Source: an uncultured Clostridia bacterium
GTDB taxonomy: Bacteria; Bacillota; Clostridia; Christensenellales; CAG-917
Assembly (NCBI GenBank): GCA_944332995.1
Contig: CALVKR010000008.1
Location: 5,125 to 69,124, forward strand
Length of the DNA: 64,000 bases
Direction of reading: 5' to 3'
Shown piece after piece: positions 1 to 8,391 of this stretch. Numbering within the stretch: position 1 is the first letter of the stretch; each line of letters begins with the position of its first letter. The position numbers and the translations under genes are program-made. The notes under the pieces are model-generated. The model ran no database searches. It was not told where the DNA came from and saw nothing but the letters and a program-made list of their open reading frames with translations.

Positions 1-199
1 TGTCGCTTGCTTTCTTTTTTACTTTTATTGTTTTAAGTTTTCCCTTTCTATCGACGACGCAAAAAAAGGATTCAAGCGAATCATAAAACGCTATATCCAA
101 AACGTCGACGAAAAGATTTCCGTCAAAGGACAGGATTTTATCGCCCGTTTTAAATCCCTGTTTTTTACCCTTTTTACCTAAGGCTATAATGGTTGCCAT
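1..199 (-). CDS. DUF512-family (PDZ + radical SAM-like) protein, N-terminal part only, runs off the window start
   Basis: Not in the ORF track. ATG at 199 with GGAG just upstream, open to base 1: MATIIALGKKGKKQGFKTGDKILSFDGNLFVDVLDIAFYDS... The GD(K)ILS(F)DG..(V)D.LD..F pattern resembles the PDZ-like N-terminus of DUF512 proteins. Confidence 0.6.
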   Translation of the reverse strand, partial: MATIIALGKKGKKQGFKTGDKILSFDGNLFVDVLDIAFYDSLESFFCVVDRKGKLKTIKVKKKASD

Positions 200-200
200 A

Positions 201-1295
201 TTACTCCGACGCCGACGGGGTTAAAGACGCCAAAAAGGCGCAGACTTCTTTAAGTTGGTCGGGTTTTATTCTTTTGGATATATTTTCAACGAGCTTTTTT
301 TGCAAATCCGTTTGCAAAAGGTCGTAAAGTTTTATGATTACGTCTGCCGGAGTGGGCGCATATGCGATAAGTTCGTTTTGAGTGAGGTATTCGACGTCTG
401 CCTTTTGCACGTCGCTTTTTGGCGCAAAAGCTATTACCGCTTTAAACGAAGCGAAAGCCTTGGCAATCGTTGCGGCGTCGTAGTTTGTTATCAAAATATC
501 GCTGGCGCTGAGATAGTCGTTGTATAAGCTGAGCTTGTCAAAAAGCTGCACGTTGTCGGCGCCTTTAAGCTCTACCTTTTTGCGGAGTTTGTTTTGAAGT
601 TTTTTGTTTTCGACGTAAACGACGACGTTTATTATATCGCCCTGGTCAAAAAGCATATCGAGCGCCTCAACGCTCTCTTTCCCCTCGACGGCGCAGACGA
701 ACACGGTGGGAGTATCTTTGAGCCCGAGTTTTTCTTTTAACTGCTGTTTTTCGTCATGCGAGATTTTATATCCCGAAACGGGCACTCCGAGCTCGAGCAC
801 GCAGCTTGCGGGAATGCCGCCGCCGACGAGCGAATCTTTAAGCTGTCCGTTTTCTACTATATAATAATCGACTGCGGAATCGGACAGATTTTTATCGTAT
901 GTAAAATCGGGAATGACGGAAACGATAGGTGCGTCAAACTCGTTTTGTTTTTTTGATTCCACCGCCGCCAGAAGCGAATAAGCGGTGGGACACACGACTG
1001 CCACGGGGTCAAAACGCATACACGCATTGGCGATACGCTTTGACATACCCTTGCTCTTTTTCGGTTCCGCTTTTCTCGACTGTTTTTTAAGTTTGTTGAA
1101 CGTGGGAAGTTTGAAAAAGAGTTTGGATATCCACTCGAAATCCTTGATTGTCTTTCCGTATCCCGACTCGTCCATCACCACTACGTAATGACTTTTCGTT
1201 TCGTCAAAATATTTTTTAAGCTGACCCGCCACAATATTTTTATCCTCTTTGGAATTGACCACCAAAATATACGGGATATTTTTATACTGAGTCAT
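201..1295 (-). CDS. MGDG-synthase/GT28-like glycosyltransferase-fold protein (degenerate motifs)
   Basis: 364 aa. IVSVIPDF...VDYYIVEN..LKDSLV..GIP...V...GVPV resembles the MGDG synthase/UgtP family. ATG directly follows the rnj TAA, with GGAGG inside the end of rnj. Confidence 0.6.
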   Translation of the reverse strand: MTQYKNIPYILVVNSKEDKNIVAGQLKKYFDETKSHYVVVMDESGYGKTIKDFEWISKLFFKLPTFNKLKKQSRKAEPKKSKGMSKRIANACMRFDPVAVVCPTAYSLLAAVESKKQNEFDAPIVSVIPDFTYDKNLSDSAVDYYIVENGQLKDSLVGGGIPASCVLELGVPVSGYKISHDEKQQLKEKLGLKDTPTVFVCAVEGKESVEALDMLFDQGDIINVVVYVENKKLQNKLRKKVELKGADNVQLFDKLSLYNDYLSASDILITNYDAATIAKAFASFKAVIAFAPKSDVQKADVEYLTQNELIAYAPTPADVIIKLYDLLQTDLQKKLVENISKRIKPDQLKEVCAFLASLTPSASE

Positions 1296-2945
1296 TTAGT
1301 CCTCCAACACGATAGGCATTATCACGGGGAATTGCCTGTCCTTCGCAAAGTAGTTTTTAATGGGTTTTCTTATGAGTTTGGGAAGCTCGGAGCGGTCGTC
1401 CAAAGCGGAGAAGTCGAGCTCAGACACCGTCTTATCGACAAGCCTCTTTATAACTGATTCCGTTTCCTCGGTGATACCGAATCCCCTCGTCACCACGTCG
1501 CAAGGAGCGGAAAGTCTTTCCGCTTTAAAGTCTATCGAAACGAGCAAGACGATAAGTCCGTTTTCGGCGAGGTGTCGCCTTTCGTTTATGACGCTCTTGC
1601 CGTCGTCGAGCATTTCTCCGTCAACGAATATCGAGCCGGACGGCACGTTGGGGTGACGTTTCATTTCCGATTGATTGAAACCGTAAACCTGCCCTATCTC
1701 GGGGATAGCGATATTTGCCTTTTGCACTCCGAGCGCCTCGGCAAGCATGACGTGCTTGACCTGATGACGGTATTCGCCGTGCACAGGCAAAAAGAATTTC
1801 GGACGCACCAAAGAAAGCATTATCTTCAATTCCTCTTCATAGGCGTGCCCCGACACGTGAACGTCGTTCATGGCGTCGTAAATGACCTCGGCTCCGCACT
1901 TGAACAGATTGTTGATAACACGGTATATATACTTATCGTTTCCGGGAATGGGCGAGCTGGACAAGACGACGAGGTCGTTTTCGCCTAAAGCTATCTTGTT
2001 GAACTCTCCCTGCGAAAGACGGGTGAGTGCGCTCATCGGCTCTCCCTGCGTACCCGTCGCAATGACGAGCTGCTGAGAATACGGAAGTTTGCCGGGTGAG
2101 TCGACTATGATGTTTTTGGGTATCTGAAGTTCGCCCACCTTTGCGCCCACTTCGACAATCATTTTCATGCTTCTGCCCGAAAGTATGACCTTCCTGCCGT
2201 ATTTTTGCGCAAGATTTAAAATCTGTTGCACTCTGTAGTTGCTCGACGCAAAAGTCGCAATCGTTATCCTGCGCTCGCGGTTGTTGTTAAGTATCGTCTC
2301 CAGGTTCTGCCCCACCACCTTTTCGGAAGTGGAATGTCCCTTTCGCTCTATGTTGGTAGATTCCCCGAGCATAACCAAAACGCCTTTTGCTCCGATTTCC
2401 GCAATCCTTTGCAGATTCGTCAGTTTCCCGTCAATGGGCGTCGAGTCTATTTTGAAGTCGCCGGTAAAGAACACGACTCCGACGGGCGTTTCTATCGAAA
2501 GCGCACATGCGCCTGCCATAGAGTGAGCCACTTTGATAAACTCGACCTCGAAACAGCCTAGCCTTACCCTGTCGCCGGGCTCCACCGTCTTGAGGTTTGC
2601 CTTGACGTGCCTGCAGGCGAGCTTGTGCTCAAGAATACCGAGCGTCAGGGCTGTGCCGTATATGGGGACGTTGAATTCGTCCGCAAGATATTGCAAAGCG
2701 CCTATATGGTCCTCGTGACCGTGAGTTAAAACTATGCCTTTAAGTTTATTTATGTTTTCGGAAATGTAAGTCGTATCGGGAATTATGCTGTCGATGCCGG
2801 GCGTGGATTCGTCGGGAAAAGTAACGCCGCAATCGACGATGATAATGTCGTTCCCGTATTCGAGGGCGGTCATGTTTTTTCCTATCTCTCCTACGCCGCC
2901 CAAAAATATGATTTTTACTTGTTTTTTTGCCACTGTTGCCTCCAA
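1296..2945 (-). CDS. rnj: Ribonuclease J
   Basis: 549 aa. LGGVGEIGKNMT, THGHEDHIG metallo-beta-lactamase motif, GDFKID, HVSGH, LPVHGEYRH. TTG start. Confidence 0.96.
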   Translation of the reverse strand: MEATVAKKQVKIIFLGGVGEIGKNMTALEYGNDIIIVDCGVTFPDESTPGIDSIIPDTTYISENINKLKGIVLTHGHEDHIGALQYLADEFNVPIYGTALTLGILEHKLACRHVKANLKTVEPGDRVRLGCFEVEFIKVAHSMAGACALSIETPVGVVFFTGDFKIDSTPIDGKLTNLQRIAEIGAKGVLVMLGESTNIERKGHSTSEKVVGQNLETILNNNRERRITIATFASSNYRVQQILNLAQKYGRKVILSGRSMKMIVEVGAKVGELQIPKNIIVDSPGKLPYSQQLVIATGTQGEPMSALTRLSQGEFNKIALGENDLVVLSSSPIPGNDKYIYRVINNLFKCGAEVIYDAMNDVHVSGHAYEEELKIMLSLVRPKFFLPVHGEYRHQVKHVMLAEALGVQKANIAIPEIGQVYGFNQSEMKRHPNVPSGSIFVDGEMLDDGKSVINERRHLAENGLIVLLVSIDFKAERLSAPCDVVTRGFGITEETESVIKRLVDKTVSELDFSALDDRSELPKLIRKPIKNYFAKDRQFPVIMPIVLED

Positions 2946-2953
2946 TTTAAATG

Positions 2954-2982
2954 ATTATACACCAAAAAGCGGCAATTTACAA
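2954..2982 (-). promoter_or_regulatory. Sigma-A-like promoter of rnj (TTGTAA-17-TATAAT)
   Basis: Consensus spacing. The -10 ends 8 nt before the TTG start and no SD is visible. Confidence 0.65.
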
Positions 2983-3127
2983 TAAAATAGCCGCACATAC
3001 GAAATTTTTATCCGCACGTTTTTAACGGAAAATGTCTTAAATTTGAGATAAACCTTTTTGTGGCGAAAAGATAAACAAACGTAAAAACAAACCTATTATT
3101 TGATGTTGAAAGGAAAAAGCCGTCCGA

Positions 3128-3823
3128 CTAATACCAAACGCCGCTGTCGGCAAATTTGTTTGCCATATAAAGGCTGGTAAGAGTGCCCACGTCCGACCAA
3201 TAACCGTCGCTTTTAAAGGCGAACATTTTTCCGCAAAGCGTGGGAAATAAATCCTTGCCGAAATCGAAAAAGCCGTCGGGTATCATATCCAGCACTTCCC
3301 TTTTGATGGCGTAAACTCCCATATTGACCGTCTTGATTTTAGAGTGCTCAGGCTTTTCGATAAAATTGATTATTCTGCCGTCGTCGTTTGTCGCCACTAC
3401 ACCGAATCTCGAAACGTTTTCCACCTCTTTGACGGCGAGCGTGCACAGCCCCCCTTTGTCGAAATGATAATCGGTGAAAGCGTCGAAATCGAAGTCGAAA
3501 AAGGCGTCGCCGGATACCACCAAAAAATCGCCGCCGATGAGCTTTTCGCAGTTTTTTACCGCTCCCGCCGTGCCTAGCGGAAAGGGCTCGAAGCTGTATT
3601 CGATTCTCACTCCGAATCTTTCGCCGTCTTTGAAATAGCGTCTTATCACGTCGCCTTTATACCCGAGCGTGATTATAATATCCGTCAGCGAAAACGCCTT
3701 GAGTTTTCTTATTATGTGCTCTATCATGGGGTATTGCCCCACCTTGACCATAGGTTTGGGAATTTTTTCCGTAAGCGGACGAAGTCTTTCTCCTTTTCCG
3801 CCTGCCAAAATAACAACTTTCAT
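3128..3823 (-). CDS. Nucleotidyltransferase (NTP_transferase; mannose-1-phosphate guanylyltransferase-like)
   Basis: ILAGGKGERLRPLTEKIPKPMV, EPFPLGTAGAV, GDAFFD, FIEKP, YWSDVGT. Confidence 0.87.
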   Translation of the reverse strand: MKVVILAGGKGERLRPLTEKIPKPMVKVGQYPMIEHIIRKLKAFSLTDIIITLGYKGDVIRRYFKDGERFGVRIEYSFEPFPLGTAGAVKNCEKLIGGDFLVVSGDAFFDFDFDAFTDYHFDKGGLCTLAVKEVENVSRFGVVATNDDGRIINFIEKPEHSKIKTVNMGVYAIKREVLDMIPDGFFDFGKDLFPTLCGKMFAFKSDGYWSDVGTLTSLYMANKFADSGVWY

Positions 3824-3955
3824 ATAGTTAGTTTAAAAAGTTTTATCAAAATTATGCTTGTTTAGTTTACTAAAAAAACTAATTGTTGTATAATTTTTGC
3901 TGTTGATAATATATTGATTATATTTTTAATTTTATATAAACAAAGGAGCTAAACA

Positions 3956-5026
3956 ATGAGAGTCTATAATTTCGCAGCAGGTCCTTCAATGCTTCCTCTC
4001 GAGGTGTTGGAAGAAGCAAAAGCAAGCCTTACGGATTACAACAATTCCGGCATGAGCGTGATGGAATTAACCCACCGCGGCAAACACTATGAACCCATTC
4101 ACAACGAGTGCATTTCATTGGTAAGAGAGCTTTTAGGCGTATCCGACAACTATGAAGTGCTTCTGCTCCAAGGCGGTGCTTCCACCCAATTTGAAGCGGT
4201 TCCTTTAAACCTTTTGACCTCTTTTGAAGACAAAGCCGATTATATCGTAACCGGCAACTTCTCGTCCAAGGCTTATAAAGAAGCAAAAAAATACGGCGAT
4301 ATCGCACTTGCGGGCTCGTCCGAGGATAAAAACTATACCTATATCCCCGAATATACGGTAAGAGACGATGCAAAATATCTTCACATCACTTCAAACAACA
4401 CGATTTTCGGTCTTGAATGGAATTCTTTCCCCGACGTCAAGATGCCCATTGCCTGCGATATGTCGTCAGATATCATGAGCCGCAAAATCGACGTCGATAA
4501 GTTCGGCGTTATCTATGCCGGCGCACAAAAAAATTTAGGCCCCGCAGGCGTCACCTTGGTCATCGTAAAAAAGGACCTTTTAGAGCAGGCAAATCCTCTT
4601 TGCCCGTCCATGCTCAAGTGGGCGTTGCACGCTAAAAATAACAGCCTTTACAACACTCCCCCGACGTTTGCGATTTATATGATGATGCTCAATCTCCGTC
4701 ACCTCAAAAAGATAGGCGGCGTTGAAGCCATTGAAAAAATCAACAGGGAAAAGGCAAAGATTCTTTACGATTTTATCGACAATTCCGGTTTCTACAAAAA
4801 CCCCGTCAAGGAGTGCGACCGCTCTATCATGAACGTTCCTTTCACAACTCCAAACGCCGACCTCGACGCCGCATGCGTAAAGGGTGCGGAAGCGGCAGGT
4901 CTCGTTTCTCTTAAAGGACACCGTCTCGTCGGAGGACTGAGAGCCTCTATCTACAACGCAATGCCTGTCGACGGCGTAAAAGCACTTGTCGAATATCTCA
5001 AAAAATTCGAGCAAGAAAACAAATAA
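3956..5026 (+). CDS. serC: Phosphoserine aminotransferase
   Basis: YNFAAGPSMLP, LQGGASTQF, YAGAQKNLGPAG (PLP lysine), LKGHRLVGGLRASIYNAM. AGGAG SD. Confidence 0.96.
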   Translation: MRVYNFAAGPSMLPLEVLEEAKASLTDYNNSGMSVMELTHRGKHYEPIHNECISLVRELLGVSDNYEVLLLQGGASTQFEAVPLNLLTSFEDKADYIVTGNFSSKAYKEAKKYGDIALAGSSEDKNYTYIPEYTVRDDAKYLHITSNNTIFGLEWNSFPDVKMPIACDMSSDIMSRKIDVDKFGVIYAGAQKNLGPAGVTLVIVKKDLLEQANPLCPSMLKWALHAKNNSLYNTPPTFAIYMMMLNLRHLKKIGGVEAIEKINREKAKILYDFIDNSGFYKNPVKECDRSIMNVPFTTPNADLDAACVKGAEAAGLVSLKGHRLVGGLRASIYNAMPVDGVKALVEYLKKFEQENK

Positions 5027-5034
5027 GGTGATAT

Positions 5035-6138
5035 ATGACAAACGTATTAAAACTCAACGCAATTTCAAATAAAGTAGAGGGCGTCTTAAAAGACGGCTAT
5101 ACCCTCTCGACAGATTGTCAAAATCCCGATGCGGTTTTGGTTCGCAGCTTCGTGATGCACGAGTGGCCTGTCCCCGACACCCTCAAGTGCGTGGCAAGAG
5201 CCGGAGCAGGCGTCAACAACATACCCTGCGACGAATACGCCAAAAAAGGCATAGTCGTATTCAACACCCCCGGCGCTAACGCCAACGCCGTAAAAGAGCT
5301 CGTCATCGCCGCAATGCTCATCGCCACCAGAAATATTTTTGAAGGCAACAAATGGGCAAACTCGCTTACGGGCGACGACGTCAAAAAACAGGTGGAAAAA
5401 GGCAAATCTCAATTTGCCGGCTACGAGATACTCGGCAAAACTCTCGGCATCTTGGGACTTGGCGCAATCGGAAGAAAAGTAGCCGCCACGGCAAATGCGC
5501 TCGGTATGCAAGTGGTAGGATACGACCCGTATCTCTCTGAATCGGCAAAGGCGGAAATCCCCTTCGTCACCGTCTTCAAAGAAATGGACGACGTGTTCAA
5601 AGCAGGCGACTTCGTATCCATTCATATGCCCTACACCGCCGAATTTAAAAATCTCGTAAACAGCGACAAACTTGCTTTAATGAAAGATAAATCCGTTTTG
5701 ATTAACTGCGCAAGAGGCGAGCTCGTCAACGTATCCGACGTCAAAGAGGCAATAAAGAGCGGCATACTCGCAAAATACGTCGTTGACTTCCCCGACGTCG
5801 ATTGCTTGAACTGCGACGGCATAATCGCCATTCCCCACCTCGGCGCATCCACCGAAGAAGCGGAAGACAACTGCGCTGTAATGGCGGCAAAAGAAATAAA
5901 GGAATTTATCGAAAAAGGAAACATAGTAAATTCCGTCAATATGCCCAACCTCAAAGTGGAAAATCAAATGGCGCACCGCCTCGGCGTTTTCTACAAGGGC
6001 GAGCTCAATTCAATCGACAACGCCACAGTCACTACCGCCGTCAAAGGCGACATCAAATACGCCATCATCGACAGCGACTCACCCTTGACTGCCGATATGG
6101 TAAAAGGCGACGTCATAAAGGCAAGAGTGATTTACTAA
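5035..6138 (+). CDS. serA: D-3-phosphoglycerate dehydrogenase
   Basis: ARAGAGVNNI, NTPGANANAVKE, GLGAIG, PHLGASTEEAE. Directly after serC. Confidence 0.9.
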   Translation: MTNVLKLNAISNKVEGVLKDGYTLSTDCQNPDAVLVRSFVMHEWPVPDTLKCVARAGAGVNNIPCDEYAKKGIVVFNTPGANANAVKELVIAAMLIATRNIFEGNKWANSLTGDDVKKQVEKGKSQFAGYEILGKTLGILGLGAIGRKVAATANALGMQVVGYDPYLSESAKAEIPFVTVFKEMDDVFKAGDFVSIHMPYTAEFKNLVNSDKLALMKDKSVLINCARGELVNVSDVKEAIKSGILAKYVVDFPDVDCLNCDGIIAIPHLGASTEEAEDNCAVMAAKEIKEFIEKGNIVNSVNMPNLKVENQMAHRLGVFYKGELNSIDNATVTTAVKGDIKYAIIDSDSPLTADMVKGDVIKARVIY

Positions 6139-6150
6139 AACATGATTGAG

Positions 6151-6239
6151 CCTTAAAAAGGATATTAAAATTTAACCCTTAAAAAGGTATTTGAAAGCGA
6201 AGCCCTAAAAGGGAATACGAATATAAAGCCTTAAAAAGG
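6151..6239. repeat. Four 11-bp palindromes CCTTAAAAAGG/CCCTAAAAGGG at exact 26-bp period
   Basis: Copies start at 6151, 6177, 6203 and 6229, separated by 15-bp dissimilar AT-rich spacers. Confidence 0.85.
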
Positions 6240-6244
6240 AAATG

Positions 6245-6270
6245 AAAAAGACGGCATACGCCGTCTTTTT
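6245..6270. terminator. Bidirectional intrinsic terminator between serA and the lipid kinase gene
   Basis: aaaaagacggc-atac-gccgtcttttt. Confidence 0.85.
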
Positions 6271-6300
6271 TAATTGCTTTTAAAATGTCGCATTTTAAGC

Positions 6301-7182
6301 TCAGTTTAAAAGCCTCAGCTTTCCGTGCACGAGCTTGCAATGTATTTTTTTAAAATCGAAAAGCTCGCCGTCCATCTGAAATTTGCCGTCGTCCAAAATT
6401 TCAATATCAAACTCGTCCGCCCAAAACTCTCTAGTTTCCGGTCTGGTCAGGTGTTTGCCCTTCAAAAAGCTCAAAAGCAGCGGGATTTTTTGTCCTCTTT
6501 TGAACCTGTCTATCATGACGACGTTAAACTTGCCGTCGCCTATTATCGAATTTGGCGACATATTCATACCGCCTCCGATAAACTGTCCGTTGGCGATAGA
6601 CGTGATGACGACTTCTCTCTCACCCGATTCCTCGCCTATCGTATAGCGTATTTTATGGAATTTAAGGTGAGCCACCACCCAAAAGAGAGCTGCATAATAT
6701 TTAAGTTTGCCCTTTACGCCTTTAGTCACGGCGTAACGCTCCAAAATATCGACGTCCATACCCATACCGCAAACGTTAAGGCAGCGCTTATCGTTTACCT
6801 CGATAAAGTCCGTCGTCCTCGTTTCGCACTTGGTGAATTGGTCGATAAAATCTTTCGTCGCCTGAGGGAAGCGCATGGCTCGAGCATAATCGTTGCCGGT
6901 TCCGCAGGGAATGAGCCCCAAAGCTATGGTGTCAAAATTTTCTATTCCCATGAGAGCCTCGCCGAAAGTCCCGTCACCGCCGAGAATTATCGCCTTTGTA
7001 TCGCTCTGCGAGGTATTGAGTTTTCTCACGATTTCCGTAGTTTCCCCGGCGTAACTCGTCTTGTGGATAACGTAGTTAATGCCTCTGCGGTCAAGCTCGG
7101 CAAGAACTTCTTCAAACACTTTTACGCTTTTTCCTCCCGAACTTACGGGATTGTATATAATATCAAAAGTCAAATCTTCCAT
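6301..7182 (-). CDS. Diacylglycerol/lipid kinase family protein (YegS/DAGK)
   Basis: IIYNPVSSGG, GGDGTFGE, IPCGTGNDYAR, NGQFIGGG, QMDGE. Start re-placed at ATG 7182, 6 nt after TATAAT. Confidence 0.87.
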   Translation of the reverse strand: MEDLTFDIIYNPVSSGGKSVKVFEEVLAELDRRGINYVIHKTSYAGETTEIVRKLNTSQSDTKAIILGGDGTFGEALMGIENFDTIALGLIPCGTGNDYARAMRFPQATKDFIDQFTKCETRTTDFIEVNDKRCLNVCGMGMDVDILERYAVTKGVKGKLKYYAALFWVVAHLKFHKIRYTIGEESGEREVVITSIANGQFIGGGMNMSPNSIIGDGKFNVVMIDRFKRGQKIPLLLSFLKGKHLTRPETREFWADEFDIEILDDGKFQMDGELFDFKKIHCKLVHGKLRLLN

Positions 7183-7418
7183 ACTTTTATTATACACCGC
7201 TTTTGCAAGTTGTAAAGAGCTAACTTTTTTTTGACAGGCTCAAACCTCCCGTTTTTTCGTGATTTTTAACCGTTTTACTCAATTTCATCAAAACTTTCGG
7301 CATCGCACTCCTTGCGCCAAAGCGATTTTCCCCCTCGTATTCTTTAAATAAAATCTTGGTTTTATCTTGACAAAAATTTTATATTTAGTATAATATTAAA
7401 GCTGTTCAAGGAGAAGTT

Positions 7419-8096
7419 ATGACATATCAGATTATCGACGGAAGTATAGAGGCTCTTTGGCTCATACTCCGCATTTTTTTAGCCGGCATTTGCGGTTTCG
7501 TCATCGGATACGAGCGTAAAACACGCTCAAAAGAGGCAGGCGTCAGGACGCACACGATTGTTGCCATGGGCTCCGCCCTTATGATGGTAGTATCAAAATA
7601 CGCATTTGCCGATATAGCCGATTTCGACGGTGCGCGTGTTGCGGCACAGATTGTCAGCGGTATAGGCTTTTTAGGCGCGGGTATCATAATCTACCGCAGA
7701 GACGTGCTCCACGGCGTTACGACTGCGGCAGGCGTTTGGGCAACCGCAGGCATCGGTATGGCGCTCGGCGCAGGTATGTATATCATCGGTATATGCTCCA
7801 CCCTGCTCCTTGTCGGCTTTCAGCTTTTGCTCCACGTCCCCTTCAGAATACTTAAAGGCAGAGTTTACAGCATTTTAAAAGCTCAGATAGACATAAAAGA
7901 CAACGACGAAATACAGAAATTTAAAGAGATTTTTGAAATCAAAAGGTTTATCAATTATAAAGAGGTCGCCTCGGACGGCGGCTTTACCGCCAACATAGAG
8001 TTCAGCACGCTAAAGAGTTATTGCTCTGAGGAGTTGCACTCGATAATGAGCGAAAACTCGTTTATAAGGTCCCTTGAAAAATTTGAGGAAGTATAA
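7419..8096 (+). CDS. MgtC/SapB family membrane protein
   Basis: IGYER...AGVRTH, RVAAQIVSGIGFLGAG, GVTTAAGVWATAGIG. AGGAG SD and TTGACA-16-TATAAT at 7367-7394. Confidence 0.92.
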   Translation: MTYQIIDGSIEALWLILRIFLAGICGFVIGYERKTRSKEAGVRTHTIVAMGSALMMVVSKYAFADIADFDGARVAAQIVSGIGFLGAGIIIYRRDVLHGVTTAAGVWATAGIGMALGAGMYIIGICSTLLLVGFQLLLHVPFRILKGRVYSILKAQIDIKDNDEIQKFKEIFEIKRFINYKEVASDGGFTANIEFSTLKSYCSEELHSIMSENSFIRSLEKFEEV

Positions 8097-8217
8097 CCCG
8101 ACAATTTAAAGAAAAAACAGGCTTTAAGAGTGCGTTTGAAGACGTCGGCAAAAATCGCAGGTTAAATTGGCAGGTTGTATGTATCTTAAACCGTCTAAAC
8201 AAAACTTAAAAATGTAA

Positions 8218-8246
8218 AAAAAAACGGACTAACGTCCGTTTTTTTA
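8218..8246. terminator. Bidirectional intrinsic terminator between the MgtC gene and clpB
   Basis: A-tract, acggac-taac-gtccgt, T-tract. Confidence 0.8.
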
Positions 8247-8391
8247 TTGCGTTTTATGAAAATAAAACTTTTTCGGTTTATTTAGGATAAAACTTTTGAG
8301 GCTTTCTTTATAACTTCACCGCCTTTGACTTCAATTTCCGCCTTTCTTAACCGTGCGTTAAAATCTTTAATCGGCGTTTAAAAGGCAAAGG

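Noticed and set aside
6151-6239. CRISPR array interpretation of the 26-bp periodic repeat
   Set aside because: The 11-bp repeats and 15-bp spacers are far below CRISPR sizes, and there are no cas genes in the window.
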